A stretch of DNA of 64,000 nt from Actinomycetes bacterium (lineage in GTDB: Bacteria > Actinomycetota > Thermoleophilia > BMS3ABIN01), in NCBI GenBank assembly GCA_024276735.1, contig JAJRWQ010000042.1, positions 4,563 to 68,562 on the forward strand. The letters run 5' to 3'. The notes under the pieces were generated by a model that saw only the letters and a program-made list of their open reading frames with translations, made no database searches and was not told where the DNA came from. A program made the translations under genes and the position numbers. Below are positions 28,628 to 38,290 of this stretch, piece after piece (position 1 is the stretch's first letter; every line of letters begins with the position of its first letter).

Positions 28628-30202
28628 ATGCCAGCGAAAATCAACAGAACGGCTCCTGCGAACGGGCACCCTTGGGAGGATGACGATGAAGGGCGGAGCG
28701 ACCAGGCATCGCTTACTCACCTCGCCAAGGGCGCGGCGATCAACTTCTCCGGCTCCATCGGCAAGAAGGTAATTCTCTACGGCTATACCGTGGTGCTCGC
28801 ACGCCTGCTCATGCCCAGTGAGCTGGGTAACTACTTTCTGATGGCCACCATCGTCACCATTGCCGGGCTCGTCGCCACGGCGGGAATGGGCTTCGGCGTG
28901 GTTCGTTATGTCTCCATGTACGTGGGCGAAGGCAGCTATCGTAACGCCAGGAGGGCCCTGCAGACGGGGCTACGGCTGGCGTTGCCGATCTCGTTTGCTG
29001 CTACCGCCGTGTTGCTGTTCATGGCTCCCAGGCTGGCGGACATTCTCTTCGACGGTAGCAGCACGGCCATGCAGGGCTTGCGCATCTTTTCCCTCGCGGT
29101 TCCTTTCTGGGTGGCGGCGAAGCTGTTCAATGCCACTACCCAGGGAATGCATTACATGCAGTACCAGGTGTACAGCCGGGACTTTGGCGAGCAGGTCTCG
29201 AAAGTAGCCTTGTCGGTGGCTTTCCTGCTCCTGGGCGCGGGCCTGATCGGTGTCGTTTGGGCCAACGTGGGGGCGCTATGCATCGCTACGGCGCTGGCGG
29301 CCTTCTTTGCCTTCAGGATTTTGCCGGCGGCCGATCCCGGTGAAAGGGAAACGGCTTTTCCCACCCGGGAAATGCTATCGTATTCGGCGCCCATGGCAGG
29401 CGCGAACATTCTCAACCAGGCCCTGCTCTGGTCGGACCTGCTGTTGCTGGGCTATCTCAGCACTTCGGCCAACGTGGGTTTTTACGGCGCGGCGATGCGA
29501 CTGGCCACGGCTACCACCATCGTTCTCGGTGCTTTCTGCATCGTTTTCATGCCGATGATCTCCGACTTGAGCAACCGGCAGGAGCTTGACAAGCTGGGCG
29601 CCCTGTTCAAGACAGTCACCCGCTGGGTTTTCACCATCAGCCTGCCGGTGTTTCTATTGCTGGTTCTCTTTGCCATTCCCATTATGAGCGTCTTTGGTTC
29701 CGCTTACGTTGCCGGTAGCGCCGCGCTGGCCCTGCTGGCCCTGGGAAAGATGTTCGACTCCGCGAGCGGCCCGATAGGACACATGGTGATCATGTCCGGC
29801 CACTCGCGGCTGGAGCTGATGAACGTCGCTTTAACCCTGGCGATCAACGTAACTCTCTGCTTCCTGTTGATACCGAGGGTAGGCATGGTGGGGGCGGCGG
29901 TCGCCAACGCTTCCGGGTACTTCGTGCTCAACTTTACCCGGGCGGTGGAGATATGGTTACTGATGCACATACAGGCGTATGATCACGGTTACCTGAAGCC
30001 GGTGGCTGCGGCACTGGTGAGCGTGGCGATGGTATTCCTGGCGCGGTGGATGATCCCCGGCAGCGAGGGGCTGTTCGTGCTGATCGGCCTCGCGCTGGCC
30101 CAGGTAGCCGTCTACGTTGGATGCCTGCTGCTGCTGGGCCTGAACGAGCAGGACCGGATGATAATCGGCGTCATCAAGTCGCGAATGCGCACCATGGCGT
30201 GA
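28628..30202 (+). CDS. wzx: Wzx-type oligosaccharide flippase 1
   Basis: Many TM segments; LAR.L...ELG.Y and VGFYGAA.R motifs. Confidence 0.85.
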   Translation: MPAKINRTAPANGHPWEDDDEGRSDQASLTHLAKGAAINFSGSIGKKVILYGYTVVLARLLMPSELGNYFLMATIVTIAGLVATAGMGFGVVRYVSMYVGEGSYRNARRALQTGLRLALPISFAATAVLLFMAPRLADILFDGSSTAMQGLRIFSLAVPFWVAAKLFNATTQGMHYMQYQVYSRDFGEQVSKVALSVAFLLLGAGLIGVVWANVGALCIATALAAFFAFRILPAADPGERETAFPTREMLSYSAPMAGANILNQALLWSDLLLLGYLSTSANVGFYGAAMRLATATTIVLGAFCIVFMPMISDLSNRQELDKLGALFKTVTRWVFTISLPVFLLLVLFAIPIMSVFGSAYVAGSAALALLALGKMFDSASGPIGHMVIMSGHSRLELMNVALTLAINVTLCFLLIPRVGMVGAAVANASGYFVLNFTRAVEIWLLMHIQAYDHGYLKPVAAALVSVAMVFLARWMIPGSEGLFVLIGLALAQVAVYVGCLLLLGLNEQDRMIIGVIKSRMRTMA

Positions 30203-30226
30203 AACTGGAAACCGGGAGTGACCCCC

Positions 30227-31921
30227 ATGTCGAGAGTTTGCATCATCGGACTGGACGGAGCCACCTTCAGGGTGATCGATTACCTGGCCGGGAAGGGAGA
30301 GATGCCGGCGTTTTCCGCCCTGGCCGGCGAGGGAGCCCGGTCGACGCTGCTTTCCACGCGACCGCCGCTGACCCCGGCCGCGTGGGCCTCCTTCTATACC
30401 GGTTTCAACCCGGGTAACCACGGGGTGGTCGATTTCTTTCACCGGGTTCCCGGAACTTACCGTTTGTCGCCGGTGAACGCCGGCTCCATTCACGGTATTC
30501 CCCTGTGGAAACGGGCGAGCGCCGCCGGCATGCGCGTTTGTGTCTATAACGTACCCATGACCTATCCCGCGGCGGAGGTCAACGGGATCATGATCGCCGG
30601 CATGGATGCGCCGCGCCTGGATGAAAGGGCGGTCCATCCCGCCGATTTCCGGGAAAAGCTGCTGGAGGCGGTGCCCGGCTTTTCCATCAACCCGCCGGTG
30701 GATGCGAAGTACATCGACAACAATCATCCCGATCCCACCGGGGAATACATCGCCCAGCTGGAACAACACCTGGAAATGGAGCTGGGCACCATCCGTTACC
30801 TGATGAACCTGGAAGACTGGGACCTTTTCGTGGGGGGCATCAGGTCCACCGATACCCTGCAGCATGTCTTCTGGGAGTCGGTGGAGAAGGTGATCACCGG
30901 CAGCGAGACAACGGCCGAGGACGAGCGGCGGGCGGAGGCGGGATTTGCATGTTACCGGGACATCGACCGTGAGCTTGGTTCCTTCTGGCGCGAGTGGGCG
31001 TCGGGCTCCGACGTGATCATCCTCTCGGATCATGGCTTCGGGCTGTTGCGCAGCGAGGTTTGTGTCAATCGCCTGCTGGCCGATGCCGGTCTCCTGGCTT
31101 TCCGCCGGAAAGGTTTTCGCAGGCGGGCGAAGGAGAAGATCTTCGATGCTGCCCAGCGGCGGCTTCCGCCCCGCGCCCGGCGAAAGATCAAGCAGGCGCT
31201 GGGAAAGGAAGCCGAAGGCGGGCGCGCCGGCATCCTATTCGTGGATGCCCTGGTGGCCGATATCGACTGGAGTCGCACGCGGATCTATTCCCGGGGACAA
31301 TTCGGGTGCCTCTTCGTCAACAAGAAAGGGCGCGAGCCAATGGGGATGGTGGATCCCGGGGAAGTGCCGGCGCTGTTGCGAGAGACCAGGGAGGTCCTGT
31401 CGAGCGTCAAGGATCCCCGGGACGGGGAAAAGATCGTCACGGACTTCTTCCCCGCGGAAGAGCTGTACAGCGGTGCCAGGATGGAAATGATGCCGGACAT
31501 GGTCGTGGTCATGCGTGATTATCTTTTTCGCGGTATTTACAGCACATTTGCCGAATTCAGGGAGAGCGCGCTGGTCAGGCCGCCGCAGCCGGAGAGAAGG
31601 GTGCTCAAGCACAGCGGCAACCATCGCCAGGAGGGAGTGCTGCTGATGCAGGGCCCGGACATCGGGGGCTCCATCGCCGATGGAGCATCCATCGAAGACG
31701 TCGCGCCCACGGTGCTGAGGCTCCTGGGCCTACCGGGAGAGGAAGAGTGTGACGGCAAGGTGTTGGAGCAGGCCCTCACCGGCGAGGCGGCAGCACCACC
31801 CGCCCCGGCAGCCTCCCCGGGAGACCCGGGGTTGTCTGCACAGGAAGAGGCGGGGGGAACCCTGGACAACGACGACGAAGAGGAAATCCGGAGGAGGCTG
31901 GAGGATCTTGGTTATCTCTAG
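30227..31921 (+). CDS. NPP-like alkaline phosphatase family protein 2 (C-terminal RLEDLGYL)
   Basis: IGLDG, TPAAW..TG.NPG.HG, SDHGF and SGNH motifs. Confidence 0.88.
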   Translation: MSRVCIIGLDGATFRVIDYLAGKGEMPAFSALAGEGARSTLLSTRPPLTPAAWASFYTGFNPGNHGVVDFFHRVPGTYRLSPVNAGSIHGIPLWKRASAAGMRVCVYNVPMTYPAAEVNGIMIAGMDAPRLDERAVHPADFREKLLEAVPGFSINPPVDAKYIDNNHPDPTGEYIAQLEQHLEMELGTIRYLMNLEDWDLFVGGIRSTDTLQHVFWESVEKVITGSETTAEDERRAEAGFACYRDIDRELGSFWREWASGSDVIILSDHGFGLLRSEVCVNRLLADAGLLAFRRKGFRRRAKEKIFDAAQRRLPPRARRKIKQALGKEAEGGRAGILFVDALVADIDWSRTRIYSRGQFGCLFVNKKGREPMGMVDPGEVPALLRETREVLSSVKDPRDGEKIVTDFFPAEELYSGARMEMMPDMVVVMRDYLFRGIYSTFAEFRESALVRPPQPERRVLKHSGNHRQEGVLLMQGPDIGGSIADGASIEDVAPTVLRLLGLPGEEECDGKVLEQALTGEAAAPPAPAASPGDPGLSAQEEAGGTLDNDDEEEIRRRLEDLGYL

Positions 31922-31927
31922 GTGCCC

Positions 31928-33268
31928 ATGAACGCGATACGCACAGAGAAGCTGGGCATGGCGGCCTTGTTCGGCCTGGCCGTGTTGATCGTTACCCTGG
32001 CGGTGGCGGTTTTCTTCCCGGAGACGTTTGCCGTGGTGGGGCCGAAGCTGGGAGGAAATCACCTCACGCCCCTTACTCTGGTAACTCCCTTCCTGATCGG
32101 CGCCTTCATCATTTTCGCCTGGAAAAAGGAGACCAGGCTCAAGCATACGCTGCTGGACCTTGTCGTTGCTGGGCTGGCGGTTTACATGGCGGTGCGGAAC
32201 CTGGTGGGAGACGCCCCGGCCGGGGCGGTGAAGTACGCGCTCTTCTTTTTCTCCCTGTACTATGTTTCCGCGGTCCTGGCCGAGAAGGTGGCGGGCCGGA
32301 AGGTGTTGTTCAGCGCGGCGGTAGTATTCCTGGCGGTCGTCGTCTTCTACGGCCTCGTGGAGTATGCCCTCGGGGAGAACCCCCTGTACCACACGCTGAC
32401 CGCGAAAACGATCCCTCCTTCCTCGGGCGACTATTACCGGGTTGGTTCCACGCTGGCTCATCCAATTTCACTGGCTGCCTTCCTGCTACAGATGACCCCT
32501 TTTGCCCTTTACTGGTGGCTGGGCTCGAAACAGCGCTGGCGCAAGCTGGTGGGCGCCGTCGTGTCGCTGCTTTCCGGCTTCGTGCTTTTTCTGAGTTTCA
32601 CCAGGAGCAGCATACTGATAGCCGCGGGCGGCATCGTGGCCCTGATAACCGTGACGCTGCGGCGCAACCGAAAAGATCTCATGCTGGGAATGCTGGCACT
32701 GGTGGCAGTGGCATGGCTGCTGACCGTGATATGGTTCGAAGACCTTTCCCAGGTGGCCAATCGGAACATGAGCCTTCGCCAGCGGCAGCTTGCCTGGGGC
32801 ATCGCCGTGCGGGCGGTACCCGGCAAGCCGGTTTTTGGAGCCGGCTACGGCCAGGCGGCGGCGGAGTTGAGGCGCCTCGATGAGCGGGCGGAGTTCCTTT
32901 ACCAATACACGGGCAGGAACGTGGCCGTCGACAACCAGTACCTTTCTTCCATCGTCGAGGGGGGTTTCATCCAGCTGCTCTTGCTGCTGGCGGTGCTGGT
33001 GCTGGTGGTGTGTGCAGGCTTCGGCCGCCTTCGCAGTGACATGAGTGCCGGCAACCCCATGTGGCCGCCGCTGACGGGGATAGTGCTGCTGATGCTGAAC
33101 GCGGCACTTTTCGACCCTCTCAGCATTTGGTCTAACCTCACTGTTTTCTGGTTCGAAGTGGGACTGGTGCGGGGCATCAGCGACGCCGGGCGCACGGGGA
33201 CCGTTGCTTGTTTGGTACCACCAGGCGAATATAATGGAGCGATCGAAACGAGTGATGCCGATGACTGA
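31928..33268 (+). CDS. O-antigen ligase/polymerase (Wzy_C) family membrane protein 1
   Basis: Multi-TM; RVGSTLAHP, SFTRSS, PVFGAGYG and DNQYL..IVE.G motifs. Confidence 0.8.
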   Translation: MNAIRTEKLGMAALFGLAVLIVTLAVAVFFPETFAVVGPKLGGNHLTPLTLVTPFLIGAFIIFAWKKETRLKHTLLDLVVAGLAVYMAVRNLVGDAPAGAVKYALFFFSLYYVSAVLAEKVAGRKVLFSAAVVFLAVVVFYGLVEYALGENPLYHTLTAKTIPPSSGDYYRVGSTLAHPISLAAFLLQMTPFALYWWLGSKQRWRKLVGAVVSLLSGFVLFLSFTRSSILIAAGGIVALITVTLRRNRKDLMLGMLALVAVAWLLTVIWFEDLSQVANRNMSLRQRQLAWGIAVRAVPGKPVFGAGYGQAAAELRRLDERAEFLYQYTGRNVAVDNQYLSSIVEGGFIQLLLLLAVLVLVVCAGFGRLRSDMSAGNPMWPPLTGIVLLMLNAALFDPLSIWSNLTVFWFEVGLVRGISDAGRTGTVACLVPPGEYNGAIETSDADD

Positions 33269-33965
33269 ACCTCTCTTTTTCAAGGAATACGCACGACGCC
33301 TGCGCCACGAGCCCGACTACTTCCAGCAGGAAGTGGACAGGCACCTGTTCGAGGGCGCGGTGGTGCTGGACGCCGGCTGCGGTAGCGGTGAGTTCGGTGT
33401 TCTCAGGAAATGTGGCGACCGTGCCGGCAGGATCATTGGCATGGATATCAGCGCCGAGGCACTGGCCCGCAACCAGACCATCGACGAGAGCATCGTTGGT
33501 TCGCTGGACAACATACCGCTGGAAAGCAGCTCTATCGACCTCATAGTTTGTGAATCCGTCTTCGAGCACCTGGAGCACCCGCAACCGGTATTTTCGGAAT
33601 TTTCCAGGGTGTTGAAGCGGGACGGGGTCCTGGTGATGAGAACCTTCAACAAGTGGAACTGGGCCAATTTCATCAGTGCCTGCCTACCGGTGGGCGTGAG
33701 GACACGCTTGAAAGGACACCTGCTTTCCGAAGACAGCGAGGGCACCTTCGAGACATATTACCGCTGCAACACGCGCAAGCGGTTGCAGCAGCTTTGTGCG
33801 AATGCCGGCCTGCGGGAGGAGAAGTTCATTACCTTCGGTGCCTGGCCCGGGTACTGGAGTAGCAGGTTCATGGTCTCCCTGTTCGCCCTGTATGAAAAGG
33901 TCACCGATTTCGGCGCACTCAGGAAAGGGAAGGTGTTGATCGTGGGGGTGTACCGGAAATGCTGA
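33255..33965 (+). CDS. Class I SAM-dependent methyltransferase
   Basis: VLDAGCGSG, GMDIS and VFEHL.HP....E..RVLK motifs. Confidence 0.9.
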   Translation: MPMTEPLFFKEYARRLRHEPDYFQQEVDRHLFEGAVVLDAGCGSGEFGVLRKCGDRAGRIIGMDISAEALARNQTIDESIVGSLDNIPLESSSIDLIVCESVFEHLEHPQPVFSEFSRVLKRDGVLVMRTFNKWNWANFISACLPVGVRTRLKGHLLSEDSEGTFETYYRCNTRKRLQQLCANAGLREEKFITFGAWPGYWSSRFMVSLFALYEKVTDFGALRKGKVLIVGVYRKC

Positions 33966-34005
33966 CTGGTTCAAAGCCGGGATCGGTATCTGCGGGATCA
34001 TCCGG

Positions 34006-35580
34006 GTGTTAGCCACGCGCAACACCGGAGAGAACGGCCGGGCAGCAGGCGGCGGCAGCCAGCCGCATAGCGGTCCGGAACCCGGAGAATTCGGCCTGCT
34101 GGCGAGCGTCATCAAGGGAGCCGGTATCAACATGTTTGGTACCGCCTTCCACGTGGCGATGACCTTCGCCTACGCCATCTTTCTCGCCCGCGTACTGTCA
34201 CCGTCCGAGCTGGGGCATTACTTCATTGGTTTCACGGTCATCAGCCTGCTGACCATCGTGGCCGACTTTGGGCTGGATTATGCCCTTTGGCGTTTTGTCG
34301 CGCTCTTTACCGGGGAGAAAGATCTCCCTCGCGCCCGCGGCGTAGTTTGGGCGTCGATCGCCACGGTGTTGCCGCTGAGCGTTTTACTGGCAGTGGCCCT
34401 GAGCGCCGCTGCCGGCTTCCTTGCCGACGACATCTTCCAGATGGAAGGGCTGGACACCGTTCTCAGGCTCTTCAGTATCTCCCTGCCCCTGCTGGCGATG
34501 GGGAAGGTCCTGAACGCAGCCACGCAGGGCCTGGGGCTGATGCGCTACCAGGTATACAGCAAGAATATCGGCGAGCAGGTGTCCAAGTTCGTATTCACCG
34601 CTGCCTTTGTTTTCACCGGCCTCGGGCTCACGGGAGTCATGTATGCCAACATCGTGGCGCCGCTCATCTCCATGCTGATGGCCTGGCGTTTTCTGCGTGG
34701 CAAGATGAGTGTCTTCGGCGCCGGGCTCAAGCGCATGGTCGAGTACGGCAAGATCATCAGATTTTCGACGCCCATGATGGTTTCGGCCACGTTGGGATTC
34801 CTTTTGTTGTGGGTGGACACCTTGTGGCTGGGTTATTTTCGCACGTCGGAAGACGTGGGCCTTTACAGCGTCGCGACCAGGGTGGCCATACTGGGAACCC
34901 TGGTGTTGACTGCTTTCAATACCATGCTCTCACCGGTGATATCCGACCTCTACAACCGTCACAAGAGGAACCTTCTCGAGGTGGTATTCAAGACTGTCAG
35001 TCGCTGGATATTCATGCTGACGCTGCCCATGTTCCTGGTTGTAATCCTGTTCGCCGATGAAATCCTAGGCATTTTTGGCCCCAAGTTCACCGTCGTCTCG
35101 GCGAGCCTGATAATCTTGGCGGTGGGGCAGTTTATCAATTCCGCTACCGGCCCCGTGGCCGGCATGGTGGCAATGTCCGGCCGGTCGTGGCTGGAGCTGA
35201 TAAACAACGCTCTCGCATGCCTGATCAACGTGATCATCTGCCTGCTGCTGATTCCACCGCTGGGCATCGTCGGTGCAGCCGTGGCCAATGCCTGTGCGAT
35301 CGCATCGGTGAACCTGGTGCGGCTGGCCGAGGTATACGTGCTCATGCGCATGCAGTGTTTCACCGTGGGACACCTGAGGCCGCTGTTTGCCGCGCTAGTG
35401 GCCGCTGCCCTGGTAGTGACAGCTGATTTTGTCCTCGCCCCGCCGCGCTCGCTGGAGCTTCTCCTGTTTGCAGCATTCGTTGTCGTGTACGGGGTGATGA
35501 TGGTGCTGATGGGGTTTGACAAGAAAGATGTGGCCGTGGCCAAGCTGCTGCGTGACCAGCTGGCCGGCGTGCCATCTTAG
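34006..35580 (+). CDS. wzx: Wzx-type flippase 2 (start uncertain)
   Basis: Paralog of 28628..30202 (ATQG..M.YQVYS...GEQVSK). Confidence 0.85.
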   Translation: MLATRNTGENGRAAGGGSQPHSGPEPGEFGLLASVIKGAGINMFGTAFHVAMTFAYAIFLARVLSPSELGHYFIGFTVISLLTIVADFGLDYALWRFVALFTGEKDLPRARGVVWASIATVLPLSVLLAVALSAAAGFLADDIFQMEGLDTVLRLFSISLPLLAMGKVLNAATQGLGLMRYQVYSKNIGEQVSKFVFTAAFVFTGLGLTGVMYANIVAPLISMLMAWRFLRGKMSVFGAGLKRMVEYGKIIRFSTPMMVSATLGFLLLWVDTLWLGYFRTSEDVGLYSVATRVAILGTLVLTAFNTMLSPVISDLYNRHKRNLLEVVFKTVSRWIFMLTLPMFLVVILFADEILGIFGPKFTVVSASLIILAVGQFINSATGPVAGMVAMSGRSWLELINNALACLINVIICLLLIPPLGIVGAAVANACAIASVNLVRLAEVYVLMRMQCFTVGHLRPLFAALVAAALVVTADFVLAPPRSLELLLFAAFVVVYGVMMVLMGFDKKDVAVAKLLRDQLAGVPS

Positions 35581-35778
35581 CCGGAGCTTGTCCTCCAGTC
35601 ACCGCGGGAAGAGAAAATGTGTATACTTAGTAGCTGGAGCTTTGTGATACCGAGAAGGGTACTGGCAGGCACCCGCTGCATTCGTGCGTGGAGAACTCAA
35701 TGCCGGGACGCTATCGGCCGATTGAGGGTTTGTTCGGTCCAAAGCAGTCCGGGATTAGCGTAGAGAAAGGATTATTTC

Positions 35779-36576
35779 GTGGACCTGATTGAGCTGCTGA
35801 GTATCATCCGGCGGAGCAAATGGATAATACTAGTGGTGACACTCATCGTTACCTCGGTGGTGGCGTACCGGGCATTCAGTGCCCCGCCCCGGTATGAAGC
35901 CGAGGTTATCATGACCGTGGGGGATTTTTCTCCTTCCGGAAAGAGTTTCAGTGATGAAGACATTATCGCCGCCAGCTATGCCGAGCTGGTGAATACCCCC
36001 CTGGTACAGGAGAAGGCTTTCGGGGAAACCGGCGTTTCCGGCGTTTCCGTGGTTCCCGTAACCGAGAAAGACAGTCCCCTGCTGCGGCTTACCGGCAGCG
36101 GATCGGAACCCGAGGCCGTGGCAGACGCGACCAACGCGGTGGCGACGGCCCTGGTGGACCGGGTTTCGGAAATCCAGATGGATATGCTGGAGAACTCGCG
36201 GCAGCGGCTGCTGGGCGAACTTACCAGGGTGGAAGGAGAGTTGTCCGGAGAAAAGGCAAAGCCGCAGGCGGACAGCAACAGGATCAACGCCCTGCAGGGC
36301 TACAGGCTGTCGTTGCTCAAGCAGAGTGAAGAGCTGGCGCTGCAGATGGGAGAGGGGCCGAACCTGACGGTGGTTTCTGCTGCAACCGAGAGTCACTTCA
36401 TCCCGGCCAGGTCACTGAGGAAAACGATACTGGGCCTGGCGATTGGTTTGCTTGGAGGGATCGTTGTCGGTTTCGTCTATCAATCGCTGAAAAAGGCGAT
36501 CGAGGGTGGCCGGGCTGAGCGAGCCGCGGGGGTGGCCCACCCGGGAACTGCCGCGAGTCCGGAAACTACTGATTGA
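35779..36576 (+). CDS. Wzz/CpsC-like chain-length determinant
   Basis: MDL.ELL.II, two terminal TM helices and a coiled-coil middle. Confidence 0.75.
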   Translation: MDLIELLSIIRRSKWIILVVTLIVTSVVAYRAFSAPPRYEAEVIMTVGDFSPSGKSFSDEDIIAASYAELVNTPLVQEKAFGETGVSGVSVVPVTEKDSPLLRLTGSGSEPEAVADATNAVATALVDRVSEIQMDMLENSRQRLLGELTRVEGELSGEKAKPQADSNRINALQGYRLSLLKQSEELALQMGEGPNLTVVSAATESHFIPARSLRKTILGLAIGLLGGIVVGFVYQSLKKAIEGGRAERAAGVAHPGTAASPETTD

Positions 36577-36621
36577 CCTTGGTGAGGCGTCATCGGGCCG
36601 TGGCGGCCTCCGGGAAGCCGG

Positions 36622-37566
36622 ATGGATCTATCTGTAATAATCGTTAATTGGCGTACTCGTGATCTCTTGCGGGATTGCCTGTCTCACGTCGACGATGCAT
36701 GTCGCGGCATAACCGCCGAGACAATCGTTATTGACAATGGATCGTCCGACGGGAGCGTCGAGATGGTCAGGGAGCGGTTTCCCGACGTGCGGCTGATTGA
36801 AAATGCCCGCAACCTGGGGTTCGCCAGGGCAGCAAACCAGGGGATCGAAGCCAGCTGGGGCAAGTACATCGCCCTTGTCAACTCCGATACCATGCTATCA
36901 CCTGGCTCGCTGGCGGGGATGACGAAGTTTATCGACGGGCATCGTGACGTGGGGGCGGTGGGTTGCCAGTTGCTCTGGCAGTCGGGGAAGATGCAGTACA
37001 GCGGCGGTTCTGCGCCGACTATCGGTGCTGCCCTCCGGCAGCTGTTGATGCTGCCAAACATCACCGGCGGCCGTCTTACCGGCGTTTTCATGAACGTAAG
37101 GGACAACGGCGAGGCCCAGGAAGTCGACTGGGTTTGCGCTGCCTGCATGGTCGTTTCCCGGGAAGCAGTGGATAATGTAGGTCCGCTCACGGAGCAGAGA
37201 TTCATGTACGCGGAAGACATCGACTGGGGACTGAGGATGAAGGCGGCGGGGTGGAAAGTAATGCTGTTGCCCTGGATCAGGGTCGTTCATTACGGCGGCG
37301 CAAGCGGGTCGTGGCAAACCGGAGGCGGTCATACGGCTTGGCTGGAAGGACTTTTCGACGTGGCAAGGGATAATCACCAGGCAGGCGGTTATACCGTTTT
37401 CGGTTTGCTGATGTCGGCATCGTTCGCGATCAAGACCGTGGTGTATTCGCTTGTTTCCCTCGCCCGGGGCGGGCGGGGCAGTATGGCTGCGCGAGCGGCA
37501 GCCCAGAGGAACTACCTGAATACCTCTCTCGCATTGACCATGAGACGGCCGGCTGCCAAGAAATGA
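36622..37566 (+). CDS. Glycosyltransferase family 2
   Basis: SVIIVNW, DNGSSDGS, NLGFARA.N and FMYAEDID motifs. Confidence 0.92.
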   Translation: MDLSVIIVNWRTRDLLRDCLSHVDDACRGITAETIVIDNGSSDGSVEMVRERFPDVRLIENARNLGFARAANQGIEASWGKYIALVNSDTMLSPGSLAGMTKFIDGHRDVGAVGCQLLWQSGKMQYSGGSAPTIGAALRQLLMLPNITGGRLTGVFMNVRDNGEAQEVDWVCAACMVVSREAVDNVGPLTEQRFMYAEDIDWGLRMKAAGWKVMLLPWIRVVHYGGASGSWQTGGGHTAWLEGLFDVARDNHQAGGYTVFGLLMSASFAIKTVVYSLVSLARGGRGSMAARAAAQRNYLNTSLALTMRRPAAKK

Positions 37567-38288
37567 GCATGAACCTGGCGCCACAACGGTTACTGGAACG
37601 GGCCGTCTGCCGGGCTAGGCGAAATTACGATTACCGGCTCGACCCCGAACTGGGCGCCATGGCGGCGACCCGGCTGATAGCACAGAAGTCTGCCTGTGCC
37701 GCCAGGGGGTTGCTACAGGGCATGCGCCTGCGCAGCTGCGGAATGCCGCTTTTCGTGGGAAGGCGGGTCATTATCAGGCACCCCGACATGTTATCTCTCG
37801 GCAAAGGGGTAGTCATCGACGATGGCGTCATCATCGAGGCCCTGTCCCGCCGTGGGGTAACCATCGGGGACGGAACAACGATAGAAAAAATGGCCCTGAT
37901 CAGGGTGACCGGCGTGCTCAGCAACCTGGGTGAAGGATTGACCATCGGCAGCTATTGTTCGGTAGGAGCGTTTTCCTACCTGGGTGCGGCGGGCGGTATC
38001 AGCATCGGTAACAACGTGCTGGTGGGGCAGAGGGTGAGCCTGCATGCCGAGAATCACATTTTCGATGACGCGGAGAGACCGATTCGCGAGCAGGGGGTCA
38101 GCAGGCGTGGTATCAGGATCGAGGACGATTGCTGGATCGGCTCGGGGGTGGTGATCCTGGACGGGGTGACGATCGGTCCCGGGACGGTCATTGGTGCCGG
38201 CAGCATCGTCACCGAGGATATTCCCGGCGGCTCGGTGACCGTAGGCGCACCCGCCAGGGTCATCAGGCGCAGGGGAGAGAGCGATTGA
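37563..38288 (+). CDS. Hexapeptide-repeat O-acyltransferase
   Basis: IEDDCWIG.GV.ILDGVTIG..VIGAGS.VT..GAPAR. Confidence 0.9.
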   Translation: MSMNLAPQRLLERAVCRARRNYDYRLDPELGAMAATRLIAQKSACAARGLLQGMRLRSCGMPLFVGRRVIIRHPDMLSLGKGVVIDDGVIIEALSRRGVTIGDGTTIEKMALIRVTGVLSNLGEGLTIGSYCSVGAFSYLGAAGGISIGNNVLVGQRVSLHAENHIFDDAERPIREQGVSRRGIRIEDDCWIGSGVVILDGVTIGPGTVIGAGSIVTEDIPGGSVTVGAPARVIRRRGESD

Positions 38289-38290
38289 GC